Source: Octopus sinensis (Eukaryota). From it: 64,000 bases of DNA. A program made the translations under genes and the position numbers. The notes below the pieces were generated by a model. That model did not search any database and was not told where the DNA came from. It worked only from the letters and a program-made list of their open reading frames with translations. The DNA is taken from NCBI RefSeq assembly GCF_006345805.1, contig NC_043007.1, forward strand, positions 434,001 through 498,000. Reading direction: 5' to 3'. Positions 38,460 to 51,167 of the stretch are shown here, piece by piece (position 1 is the first letter of the stretch; each line of letters begins with the position of its first letter).

Positions 38460-39420
38460 TAAGAAGATGATGATGATGATGATGAGGATGATAATGATGA
38501 TTACACCGACACCGACGTCGACGGCGATGATAAGAATATTGGCGATGATGATGAGGATGATGATGATGATGATGATGATTAAAGATAACGTTATTAATAA
38601 ATCATAGGCTAAGCACCGCTTTCAACGAGGAACTACATTCGCGTTAACGTAATTTATATAATAAATTTATTATTTTGCAATGGCCACAACGACGACAATG
38701 ATGATGATGATGATGATGGTGATGATGGTGATGATGATAACGGTGAGGATGATAGTTTTGATGATGGTGCTGAAGGTGGTAACTGTATGTTTGATGGCGC
38801 TACTGCTGATGATGATTATTAATACGATGACAACAAGGATGATTATCAAGATTATGAGCAACGGCTTCTTCATTATCATCATCATCAGCAGCAGCATCAT
38901 CTTCACTATCATCATCATCGTCATATCTTCATCTTCTTTATAAAGAAAGAGAGCGAGGAGACCAGCAGTGGAAGAAGAAGAAAAAGAAGAAGAATCATAG
39001 ACGAAGAAGAAGAAGAAGAAGAAGAAGAATCATAGACGAAGAAGAAGAGGAAGAAGAAGAAGAAGAATCATAGACGAAGAAGAAGAATATCATAGACGAA
39101 GAAGAAGAAGAAGAAGAAGAAGAAGAAGAAGAAGATGAATCATAGACGAAGGAGAAGAGGAAGAAGGTCATAGCCGAAAAAGAAGAAGAAGAAGAAGAAT
39201 TATAGACGAAAAAGAAGAAGAAGAATTATAGACGAAGAAGAAGAAGAAGAAGAAGAAGAAGAAGAAGAAGAAGAAGAAGAAAAAGAAGAAGTAGAAGAAT
39301 CATAGACGAAGAAGAAGTGGAAGAAGAAAAAAGAAGAAAAAGATGAAAAGAGGGATGGTGATGGTAATGATGATGATGATGATGATGATGATGAAGAGGC
39401 GGAGGAGGAGGAGGAGTGGG
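38460..39420 (+). repeat. Compound (GAT)n/(CAT)n/(GAA)n tract including a higher-order (GAA)k-TCATAGAC minisatellite
   Basis: About 9 copies of TCATAGAC or a variant, between 38995 and 39307, separated by variable (GAA)n. Confidence 0.92.
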
Positions 39421-40071
39421 GAAGACGGTGCCGGTGTAACGCTGACAGACACCAAATAATGAGACGTTAATTAAAGTGAAGAGATAAAAGTGAAAGGGAT
39501 GGCTATAAATCTTTGTCCGTGTTATTGGTGTGTTTATGACAGGCAGTCAACAATTCAGTTTATATTTCTATTCGGCTAATAACTTGCAGCCAACCAGCCA
39601 GAATGCCACCATGTGAATCTGTTGAGTGTGTACGTGGAGGTGTGTTTATTAGTTGTATGCTTATGTTCCATGTTCGTGTGTGTGCGTGTGTCTGTGTGTG
39701 TGTTTACATATATTGACAAAATATTAATGTCAGTCTTCATAGGAGAGACCGTAAAAACGATATGAAACAGCCGCCATTGAAGCCGACCCCGAAGCCGCTC
39801 CTCTGGTTTGATTAATGAAATATCATATTCTGTAATTACTTTACAGTTTGGTTGAGTGGATGACCGGCGGGCATCAGGTGTAATGTTCCGGAAGTGTACG
39901 GACATGGCTGTCTGTGTGTTCAAGAAGTTCAGTTTGCCAGTTTGCCAGCAGAAACGGTTTCGGTTTCGGTTTCAGTTGCACCGCGTTCCGCTTCAGGTGA
40001 CTATCTTCTACCCTCTAACCCGGGTTCCTCAATTGTCTTGTCGAGGAATTTGGAAGGCACAAAATGTGTAG

Positions 40072-40073
<2 letters not shown>

Positions 40074-40123
<50 letters not shown>

Positions 40124-40136
40124 ATCTATCTATCTA

Positions 40137-40180
<44 letters not shown>

Positions 40181-40182
40181 TA

Positions 40183-40239
<57 letters not shown>

Positions 40240-40278
40240 CATATATATATATATATATATACATATATATATACATAC

Positions 40279-40318
<40 letters not shown>

Positions 40319-40670
40319 ATACATATATATGTATGTATATATATATATACATATATATATATATGTATGTATATTGAGAATTTACAAAAAACAAATGACA
40401 GAGGCGGGTGTGTAAACAACAAACAGATGTATATATATATGTGAGTGAGTGTGTGTGTATACATATTTGTGTATGTGAATGTATACATATCTGTATGTGT
40501 ATGTGTGTGAATGTGCGAGTGTGTGCGTGTGAGTGTGTGTATACGTATGTGTATGTATACATATGTGTGTATGTTTGTCAGTGTGTGTGTATGTGAGTGT
40601 GTATGTGTGTATACATGTATGTGTGTATGTGAATGCATACATATGTGTGTGAGTGTGTGTGTGTGTACAT
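40074..40670 (+). repeat. Compound (CT)n/(TA)n/(TG)n microsatellite with an embedded PLE-type terminus fragment (about 40370-40430)
   Basis: Visible dinucleotide runs. GAGAATTTACAAAA..GTGTGTAAACAACAAACAGATGTAT is shared with 4755-4820. Confidence 0.9.
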
Positions 40671-40869
40671 GTATATTCCTATTTGTACGAATTACGTGCG
40701 TCGTGTTTGTTTTCGTTACCGTTCTTTCCGCTCCTTCATTTTCCCTAGCAGCTTCCTGCTGACGCCACCAAAACGGAAAACTGTCGTTAAAGGCGTGAAA
40801 CTGTTATGACATTTGGACGATAGCTGACGGGGAAAGAGCGCATCAGTGTCTCGTGTTTTAATCTTCTTA

Positions 40870-40900
<31 letters not shown>

Positions 40901-41052
40901 CTCTCTCTCTCTCTCTATCTATCTATCTATATATATATATATATATATATATCTCACAGAGTATACACACACATGCATGTATGTATGTATGTATGTATGT
41001 ATGTATGTATGTATTTACGTAAGCAAATAGTGTCTTCTTGTTACTTTCTGTG

Positions 41053-41262
41053 TCTACAGGGCCGTGGTTCTCACCACTCTTCTTATGGCTCAGAGACCTG
41101 GATCACTTACCGCAGTCACATCTGTCTCCTCGAGCGCTTCCACCAGCGATGTCTCTGAACCGTCCTCAACATTCACTGGAGTGACTTCGTCACAAACATT
41201 GATGTCTTGGAGCGGGCCGAGATCCCCAGCATTGAAGCCACGCTACTGAAGTCAGACTACCG
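41053..41262 (+). mobile_element. RTE-clade (BovB-like) LINE internal ORF2 fragment
   Basis: Manual translation with a frameshift: YRAVVLTTLLYGSETWITYRSHICLLERFHQRCL*TVLNIHWSDFVTNIDVLERAEIPSIEATLLK. Confidence 0.9.
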
Positions 41263-41799
41263 TAAAATTATATGCTTTGGCGTCAATGGTTCAAATATAA
41301 GGTGTTGAAAATTAAAGGTGTCTATTTATTTCCTGCATGTCTGTGTATGTCGAAAGTTTATCTAATCGTTCATCCTCGGCTTTTGCTTTAATAAATTGCA
41401 GAAAGAGAAATGCATATAACTTTTGGCTTACCCTCATATCTATATTCATACAATCACACACCCATATACACATAGGTACACACACACACGCACACACGCA
41501 GACGCATGTACTCACATACACGCACACATGCAGCACACGCATGTACTCACACACACGCATACACGCACACACACACAGGCGCACACACATATTCACAAAT
41601 CACAAAGAACCATATGCATTCTGCTCGAACGGGATTGTCATGCTATTGTCTATGGAAATTATACTTCATTCTTTATGTTACATTATTGTACACTACTTTG
41701 AGAGATCCTGCTTTGTGCGTCTCCCATTTCGGTTGTAAATAAAGCAAGCACACACATGCACATACACGCACACACACACGCAAATGTACAGCTACATAC

Positions 41800-41990
41800 A
41801 TACATAGTGAGAATTTACAAAGAGACAAATGACGAAGACGGGTGTGTAAACAACACACAGATGTATTAGTTTAACGCTCGGGAAGTGAGAAAGTCTTTCA
41901 TGTTTCGAGCCTATGCTCTTCAACAGAAAGGAACACAGAAATAAGCAGAGAGAGAAAATTTTTTAAAAATAGAAAAAGTAGAGAAAATAG
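41800..41990 (-). mobile_element. PLE-type terminus (CUGUUGA hammerhead-like family), single arm
   Basis: Matches 4755-4920. Minus strand 41895-41930 reads CTTT-CTGTTGA-A-GAGC-ATAG-GCTC-GAAAC-ATG-AAAG. Confidence 0.7.
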
Positions 41991-42384
41991 AAAATACATA
42001 CATACATATATACATATATACACACACATTTATAATTCATATCACTTTTATCTTTTACTTGTTTCCGTCATTAGACAGCAGCCACGCTGGAATAATCTGA
42101 ATTTTGAAGAAATTTTATTTTTTATTCGAAATTATCGATCCCAGTACTTATTTAAAAAAAAAAGAATCTGGTACTTATCCTATCATTCTTTACACAAATG
42201 TATATATGTATGCGTGAGTATGTGTGTGTGTGTGTCTGTGTGTGTGTATGTGTGTATTATAATTTAGAACAAACAGTAAGCTGTCATTATAGTACTCGGT
42301 GTTTCGAATGACGGAGCGAAGAGCTACGATGCATTTCGAAACTCCGAGTACTATAATGACAACATTTACTGCTTGTTCTAAATT

Positions 42385-42424
<40 letters not shown>

Positions 42425-42621
42425 CCTCATTCAGAGATTTATTAGTATATATATAATCCTCTATTTATCTAATGTCGAAGTCCCATTCTTTCATTGTCAC
42501 TTTCTATTATTACTACTACTATTATCATTATTATTATCATTATATATGTATGTATATGTACGTCTCTCTACACATATATGTATATACATATATGTAGCTA
42601 TATACATAAATATACATGAAT

Positions 42622-42658
<37 letters not shown>

Positions 42659-42662
42659 AATG

Positions 42663-42725
<63 letters not shown>

Positions 42726-44011
42726 CTCGCTATACCCGTTATTAACTGGCATGACATTGCCATAGAAATAACAAATTATATCTAACTGTCAGATAGGAAA
42801 TATATCTTTTTATTCTTTAACAATGGATATGTTTTGTCATTCCTACTTTTAAACTTCATAAATTATTTTCCCGAAAAAAAAGAAAATGATATTTTCCTGT
42901 CTATAGTCCCAACACTCAAAAAACACTATCGCTAAACAGAAAAATGTCACATCCGTGCAGAAAATTTTATAACTACGGATATCATGAAAAAAAAATTTAA
43001 ACTGTTACAAAAAAATATATATCTAAGCAGATGCATTTGAAAGTTTGGTTTGAGTAGAAGAAAAACCGAACGAATATTCTCAGAAAAATCTAGTTTGCAA
43101 TTATGGGGGAGTAAAATATTCGAGGTTTCAACGTTTACGTCGTAAGTTTTTGTTTTTCTTCGTTGATACTTCATAACTCTTATCGTACGTCTCCTTTTTT
43201 TTCTGTCATTGGATTGCAGCCATATTGGGACGCCGTCTTGAAGAATTTAGTCGAACGAATCAACTGCATCTCTTTGCTTTTGAAGTCTGAAATTTACTCT
43301 CTCGATCTCTTTTGCGGAACCGCTAAGTTATTGGGACGCAAACAGACGAGCACCGCTTGTAACATTTTTGAAATAGATATAGATGTGTGTGTGTGTGTGT
43401 TTGTGCGTGCGTGCGTGTGTGTGTGTGTGTGTGTGGTGTGTGTGTGTGTGTGTGTGTGCGTGCTCTGGTGTTTGTACTTGTTAAGTAAACCATTCTTTCT
43501 CAATGGGTATTTGTTTGGATTTGGTAGACGGAACCTGACAGAAGCACGTCGTTTCTATGTATATGTGAATCTGTTTATCTATGCGTGTGTGCTTTTGTGT
43601 CTGTGTTTGTCCACCCACCATGCCAAGAAATATATCTGACCTTTTATTCTACACACTCAAAGAGAGAGAAAACGAGAGAGAGACAGAAGGAGAAAGATGA
43701 ATAGTCTGGGAAGCATCTGTAGAAAGACCGAGATTTTGGAAACACATTTGTTAAAGTTTCATAGAAATCGTTAAAATATTGAATGTTTCTCCGACTCAAA
43801 AGAAAAAAACTAAGCGGCCAGAAGTTTTTTTCTCCACTGTTAAGAACAATTAACTCATATAACTCTTAGATTATTAATGATGCAAATATGAATATACAAA
43901 CTTTGTTGATATTTTCCCTTGCATTTGCACACCTATCTGTCTACTTGTCTATATATATATATATTTAGATGCATGTGTATCGCTCTTCTCTTTCTCTTTC
44001 TCTCTCTCTCT

Positions 44012-44044
<33 letters not shown>

Positions 44045-44307
44045 GATATATAATATATATATATATAAATTAAATTAGAGATATCAGGCAAATCAAACAG
44101 TGAAAAACATAAACCAAAACATAGAAATAAAATTAATTCATATAAAAACAAAATATATAAAATATAAAATTCAAAATTTAAATAATTTAAATTTAATGTT
44201 AAAAATTTTAAATTATTAATTTATATTTATAAATTTTTATAATTTATTTTTATTTTATTAAATATATATACCTATCAAAATGTATAAAAAGTTTAATATA
44301 AGATATA

Positions 44308-45057
44308 TAGTATTACATACATACAAGAGGGAATTACCACTATGTTGAAACCCTAATGCTAAAAGTAGATTCGCTATGGTCTTACCACTAAGAATTGTTC
44401 TCTAGAAAATTTAGCAAACACCAGAAATGTAAGCGAACAAGACAAATGAAAAGCAACAAAAATATAGTTTAATCATAAACAATGTTTCCCTATCAACAAA
44501 TTACGTAATTTTACTTACGCAATTTATCTGTAGATCTTCAGTATGATCGTCCATACAAATATAATTTGCAGAACTACATACCTGACATCAACACGAGGTT
44601 GAATATTTATGCAGTTCTACCTATTGCACTTGTGCTTACTAAATTTTCTAGAGAACAATTCTTAGTGGTAAGACCATAGCGGATCTACTTCTAGCATTAG
44701 GGTTTCCACATAGTGGTAATTCTGTCTTATATACATGTAATACTATTTACTGAACTTCAGTCTTTTGATATGCTAGACCACCGGTGGTAAATTGATGTTA
44801 TCAAATTAATATCCAATTTTTCACCCTCATTTTTGATTTTAATTTTAAATTAATACGTTCTCAAACCAGCAAAAGCTGCTGCAGTAAATTATTTTATGCA
44901 GTATTATTTCCGGTAATTTAGCGCGCCAAAACGAGAACTTTTGAAAAATAACCACAAGTTTAATAGGTAGAACTGCATACATATTCAACCTCGTGTTGAT
45001 GTCAGGTGTGTAGTTCTGCAAATTATATTTCTATGGACGATCACACTGATGATCTAC
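44308..45057. mobile_element. PLE-type element with two interlocking inverted repeats (A 44308-44421 / A' 44631-44745; B 44530-44625 / B' 44962-45057)
   Basis: Arms are readable directly, e.g. GGTCTTACCACTAAGAATTGTTCTCTAGAAAATTTAG with its inverse, and GACATCAACACGAGGTTGAATAT.TATGCAGTTCTACCTATT with its inverse. Confidence 0.8.
44472..44547 (-). ncRNA. Type-I hammerhead ribozyme with long stem II, canonical core, predicted cleavage GUU
   Basis: Minus strand: ATCATA-CTGAAGA-TCTA..ATAAATTGCGTAA-GTAAAA-TTACGTAATTTGT..TAGG-GAAAC-ATT-GTT-TATGAT. Stem I is a perfect 6 bp and stem III ACATTGT is quasi-palindromic. Confidence 0.7.
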
Positions 45058-46129
45058 AAACACATTGCTTTGAATGCACACCGATATATATATATCAGTC
45101 CCTGATTTTGCTAGTTCTGCTAGATTTGCAAAACGACTAGTTTAAAATCTCTCTTAGAGATCAACACAGTCGTTGCACTAACAAGTAATGTTCGTAGCCA
45201 CTTTAACGTGACTGTCTGTTTGAGCAGAACATTAATACTCATGAAATATATTAATGCTTGTGGCCACATACTACAGCCGTACAGGCAAAATAATAATTTT
45301 TTTTTTTTAAATGACACCAGCTGTACTGAGCATAGGAGTCAAAACCCTCCGAGGCCACAAAATTTAACACTGGAAAAATGATTTAAGGAATTGCCCCCTT
45401 ATCTCTGCAAAGATGCACGAAAGAATGCTACTTAACTTGATATCATGATTATATATATGTGTATATATATATATGTTTGTGTGTGTGTGTGTGTGTGTGT
45501 ATGATTGTATGTATGTATGTGTTTATGGTTCTATTCAACGGTTTGTTAAATGTTAGTTTTCTGTATCGGTGTCCTTTCGTCGCTATTCGCAACCTCGTCA
45601 AATTTCACCCCTTTTCTCATCTGCCTCGATGCCTATCTTGAGAAACTAGGCTTTACAGCACCTGATGACGGACAGACTTAAGTATAAAATATATTATTAC
45701 AAGCTATTAAGGGCACGGTGAAAGTACGTGAACCATTTCAGTTGTTTTAATATGACAAAAATAAACTACACGAATAGATATACAAATATATTTGTGATGT
45801 AGACATACATATCCAAATGTGGAGCAGAATCTCTCAAAGGGCTATTTTCAAATGTGCGTGTAAGAGTGTATGTGTATATGTATATATACACCCACATACC
45901 GGCCTTACAGGCCAAGATAATTATCAAAATTCTAATATATATATATAAGGGAACATCATGGCAAGAGGCAACACTTTACTGTCAACTTTGGATATGATAC
46001 AGGTCTCTGTCCACTTCACTCAGCCCCGCCACCGGAATTCACTATCGAATAATGTTTGAACTACATAAAACATATTTTTTATATACCTTTCACCTCTTAC
46101 ATTAGGAAGATCAAAGTGTGTGTATGTAC

Positions 46130-46134
46130 ATGCA

Positions 46135-46167
<33 letters not shown>

Positions 46168-46370
46168 GTTTGTGTAAGAGTGTATGTGTATATGTATGTA
46201 TATATATATATATATATGTATATATATGTATATATATATGTATATATACACATATAAATATATATATACACACACACATAGAAATATACGAGAGAAAGGA
46301 AGACAGATCGAAAAAAGCAAGCATAGATGACACGGTCGCATACACATATGTGTGTGTAAGAGTGTATGTG

Positions 46371-46423
<53 letters not shown>

Positions 46424-46430
46424 TAAACGA

Positions 46431-46461
<31 letters not shown>

Positions 46462-46479
46462 GATATATATATATATATG

Positions 46480-46519
<40 letters not shown>

Positions 46520-46523
46520 ACGA

Positions 46524-46586
<63 letters not shown>

Positions 46587-46600
46587 TGTGTGTGAGTGTG
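46130..46600 (+). repeat. Compound (TA)n/(CA)n microsatellite with locally duplicated unique spacers
   Basis: TAAACGAACACACAC occurs twice, and AAAAAGCAAGCATA.A.GAC.CGGTC.CATACACATA occurs at about 46313 and 46660. Confidence 0.85.
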
Positions 46601-48280
46601 TATACCCACACAAATATATGAGAGTGGAGTGAGTAGGAGAGAAAGAAAGACAGATTGACAAAAAGCAAGCATATACGACGCGGTCACATACACATACGTG
46701 TGGCTGTGTGTATACATGGGAATAGCTAGCCTTTTAATCAGCTCTTAAAAAAACACGACAGCAATCTCGTATATACTTTCCCTCCATATTTTTCGTATAA
46801 CATTATTGTACTTATTTGCACAATGATTTCCCAAAGTCAGCATCAAATTAACTCGACCATGCCGCACAAATCTTCAGATCAAATGTTTGTCGTTGGCGAA
46901 TGTCGCTCCTACTTAATAGTCACCAGTAGCATTGGGATTTGTCTTGGTGTTGACATTACCACCGAAATTTCAAATGGTTACTCTTGGTGTTGTATTTATT
47001 AGTCAGGGACGTTTTTATTTTTCTGTAATTAGTATATGATGTCTGTGTATTTAATGTAATATTTTGTCCTCCTGATATTATTATTATTACCTTCATCATT
47101 CATTGCTTTTAGTTTTTTTCTGAATAGAATTCTGCGTAGGATAGATATGTTGCCTATCAATGTTTTCCTACTTCTAATCTCATTTTGTTTTATGTTGTTT
47201 CAATGTTATAAGTGCATTGTGAACCAGAGAAATAGTGCTAGACTTTTACGACTAATAGAGAATATGGTATCGTAAATTTTAAAACTCTCACTTGTACATT
47301 TAATCCTCTAGACAACGTTGACTTTTAAAAGTTTGTACACGGGTTTACATTCTGGCCGATTTTCATTAATAACGAAGTTCTTAGTTTTAGTGATTTGTTG
47401 CAAGTTGTTACTGTTAAAGCATAGTTATAGAATAATGTATTTTACAGTAAAATTTTCTACTATCCAGAAGATTCTAAATAAACTTTATTTTTTACCAGAA
47501 ACTTCATTTAAAAAAATTACATATATTCCGCCCGTTTACATGTCTAGACGGACCTAATATATATATTTTACACATAATGACAGGCTATTTTAGTGAAAAA
47601 CAATAGCATTTTAACTTTCGGAACGTTTTTAGGTCTAAACAATATTGATAAAATTATTGATCACTCGGAAATAAAAATGCTGCTGTTATCTTTTTTATTT
47701 TATTTTCTTTTGTTCTTGTCGAATATTTGCTTATTGGGACCATAGTATATGCAAAAAATGCCTTTACTTACACAGAAAGAATGAATGCCTTCACTCATAC
47801 AATATGTCAGGAGTGAAAGCTCTACTTAGAAGAGAAAAAACAAACGGTATATTAAAGAATTTACAGAGTATAACAGACAATGATAAACAACGATTATATA
47901 AATAAACTAAGAGACCAGGCCATGCAGCCATATTTGAAATACGAGGCAGACACAAATTTAACGCAATAAATCCACCAGACGCTAAAACCTATTAAAAATA
48001 AGCAAACCACACATAAAGTGAAGAATATGAATTAAATGCATACTAAATATAAAATAGATGAAGATATTATAATAAAACTCGTAAAACAGGAAACAATATA
48101 CATATTTTTATGTGCATAAAAAACAAACTAACAGGTATGTTATATGAAAAATGAAAATGAAAAACGAAAAATAAAACAGTTAAAAAGCCGTAGTATAAAA
48201 GTTTTTCCCACGTTATTCTTTTGATGTCGCCATTTAAAAAAAATATATATAATAAAGATACGTACATACATCCTACATAA

Positions 48281-48313
<33 letters not shown>

Positions 48314-48314
48314 C

Positions 48315-48408
<94 letters not shown>

Positions 48409-48708
48409 TTGTGGTTTCTAATTCCGAGCCATTTCCTTTACAGAGATATTATTTTAGTCTATTATATTACGTGGCCTCAAGTTACTCTCGAGCACTATTT
48501 TATTTCTGTTAGTTCAATCTGTTAGTAGCTTTTGTTTTTCATTTTAAATTTAAACTTTGTACGACGTCTGTCTTAGTACCTTTGGTTACACTGCTTTGAC
48601 CTACACGTAACATTTTCGTTTTCGTTTTTGTTTCTTTCTTCTTTCTCTTTCTCTTTTTTCTTCTTGCCTTTTCAGTATTTTTTTCTTATCTCAATAAACG
48701 ACCACGTG

Positions 48709-49290
48709 AAGATGGCGAGTTGGCGGAATCGTTGGCATGCCGGGCGAAATGCTTAGCAGTATTTCGTCTGCCGTTACATTCTGAGTTCAAATTCCGCCGA
48801 GGTCGACTTTGCCGTTCATCCTTTCGTGGTCAATTAAATAAGTACCAGTTACGCACTTGTGTCAATATAATCGACTTAATCTGTTTGTATGCCCTTGTTT
48901 GTTGCCTGTGTGTGTAGCCTCTTGAGGGTAGTAAAGAAATAGGTATTTCGTCTATCTTTACGCTCTGAGTTCAAATTCTGCTGCCGCCGACGTCGACTTT
49001 GCCTTTCATCCTTTCAGGGTCGATAAGCTAAGTAGCGGTTGTGTACTGGGGTCGATCTAATTGACTGCTCCCTCCCCCAAAATTTCGGGCCTTGTGCCTA
49101 TAGTAGAAAAGATTATTTTTCGTTCGTCTTTACGGTCTGAGTTTAAATCCTGCCTAGGTCGACTTTGCCTTTCATTCTCTCAGGATAAAACAATAAACAA
49201 CCACATGGAAATATTGGATGGATTGCTTTGCATAGTAGTTCTGACTCACTGCATTCTAAGTTCAAATTGCGCCGAGGTCGCCCTTGCCCT
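48709..49290 (+). mobile_element. Dimeric SINE B (48709-49110) followed by further degenerate B cores
   Basis: Head AAGATGGCGAGTTGGCGGAATCGTTGG..GAGTTCAAATTCCGCCGAGGTCGACTTTG. The second monomer ends CCCCAAAATTTCGGGCCTTGTGCCTATAGTAGAAAAG. Confidence 0.85.
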
Positions 49291-49464
49291 TCATTATTTC
49301 CTCATTCCATTTACGGAATGAGGATAACAACTTAGCTTTCGCCCGGTGCAACCGCCTGTCTATCGCGTGTTGTTGGTGGATCTTCAAGTTGCCGCACGCA
49401 TTCTTAGTAGCATAGAGTAGGCTCGAATTAGAGATTATTCTCTGTAGCTAATGGCGTGAGTCCT

Positions 49465-49965
49465 GATAGGAAGAAGAGGAAGAAGAAGAAGTAGAAGAGG
49501 AAGAAGAAGAAATAGAGAAGAAGAAGAAGAAGAAATAGAAGAAGAAGAAGAAAAAGAAGAAGAATAAGAAGAAGAAGAAGAAGAATTAGAAGAAGAAGAA
49601 GAAGAAGAAGAAGAAGAAATAGAAGAAGAAATAGAAGAAGAAGAAGAATTAGAAGAAGAAATAGAAGAAAAAATAGAAGAAGAAGAAGAAGAAGAAGAAA
49701 TAGAAGAAGAAGAAGAAGAAGAAGAAATAGCAGAAGAAGAAGAAAAGTAGAAGAAGAAGAAATAGAAGAAGAAGAAATAGAAGAAGAAGAGAAGAAGGAG
49801 GAGAAGGAGAAGAAGAAGAAGAAATGTAGAAGAAGAAATAATAGAAAAATAAATAGAAGAAGAAATAGAAGAAGAAGGAGGAGAAGAAATAGAAGAAGAA
49901 ATAGAAGAAGAAGAAGTGGAAATAGAAGAAGAAGAAGTGGAATAGAAGAAGAAGAAGAAGAAGAC
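49465..49965 (+). repeat. (GAA)n polypurine tract of about 500 bp with periodic ATA/TA interruptions
   Basis: Visible triplet repeat; source of the poly-Leu/Phe ORF 49428..49976. Confidence 0.95.
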
Positions 49966-50221
49966 AACAGCCTCATAACTGAATCATTTACGATTTTTAC
50001 TAACTCGACGTAAATCTGAGCATTGAAGACTCCAACTTTTTTATTGTTTTATAGCAATTATTTTTTGGTTTATCAGATAATCCTCATAAATTATAAGCTA
50101 GCTCACAGTCTGAAAAATGATAAAGATATTGTGTGTGATTGCGTGTGTGTGCGTGTCTGTGCGCACGCGTGCGTATGTATAGATATGTATGTGTATACAC
50201 ACACAACACACACACACACAC

Positions 50222-50303
<82 letters not shown>

Positions 50304-50313
50304 TACACACAAC

Positions 50314-50895
50314 CACCACAAAGGATGCGATGAATGTATTGTCGTCTAAATTACGCGAAAATGAAAATAACACTGACATCTCATATTAACAAATATATTT
50401 ACCAAAATAACATTAAAATATCTTGAAATATATTCAATAAAGTCGCCATGGTTTCACCCACGGCCTCCAGATGACTTCGGAATCTCCAGCAACTTTTCTG
50501 GACTGTCGATTTCTTTAAATTGGTAAATGCTGCCATAACCCTTGCTTTCAGTTCATACTTGGTATTACAACGAGTTTTGTGGGTCTCTTGTTCAACTGCA
50601 CTCTACACATAATACTCAAGGGGGCTGAGTTAGGTAGCCATATGTTAGAGGTGATGTGGTCGCAGAAATTGTCTGACAGCCATATCTGGGTTCTCCTGTT
50701 TGTATGGTATGGTGCAGACTCCTGTTGCCTGACATAAAGTCTTCCAGCATCTACCCTCTTGATTTAGGGGTTGACTACCTTCGCCAGGCTTTCGTGCTGA
50801 GTCTGAAGCTATGTGGGGAGATGAATGACGGCATAACATCACCATCACTAGTGATCACTCCAAACACCATAATGTTCACTAGATGTTTGATTTTT
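50314..50895 (-). mobile_element. Tc1/mariner maT (DD37D-type) transposon, 3' half, with degenerate right TIR
   Basis: Manual minus-strand translation with indels: NIMVFGVITSDGDVMP...GRLYVRQQESAPYHTNRRTQIWLSDNFCDHITSNIWLPNS..LEYYV*SAVE...CNTKYELKARVMAAFTNL...FRSHLEAV..NGDFIE. Confidence 0.85.
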
Positions 50896-50939
50896 ATCAC
50901 ACTCGATACATCTCCTTACATTGCACATATATATATATG

Positions 50940-51100
50940 TGACCTCGTGAGTACCACTGGCGATTGTTTTCCTCCGTCTTCCCTTCTCGGGATCTTTCCG
51001 ACGAAGAGCTCCTCTCGAAACGTTAAACCCTCCTTCATCCCTTCTTTCCTGAGCGTCCAATAATACTTTATTTGTTCCACGTCCTCGCGTTGTTGTGTTT
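50940..51100 (+). mobile_element. PLE-type terminus with hammerhead-like CCGACGA variant (50995-51027)
   Basis: TTT-CCGACGA-A-GAG-CTCCT-CTC-GAAAC-GTT-AAA. Confidence 0.5.
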
Positions 51101-51130
51101 TTTTTTGTGTTTTCTTGTTACGATTAACTT

Positions 51131-51167
<37 letters not shown>

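Noticed and set aside
38971-39345. Repeat-spacer periodicity suggestive of a CRISPR array
   Set aside because: The repeat is only 8 nt, the spacers are pure (GAA)n, the context is eukaryotic and there are no cas genes.
45656-45737. CTGATGA...GAAA motif (+)
   Set aside because: There is no stem II, and no valid UH triplet in register with stem I.
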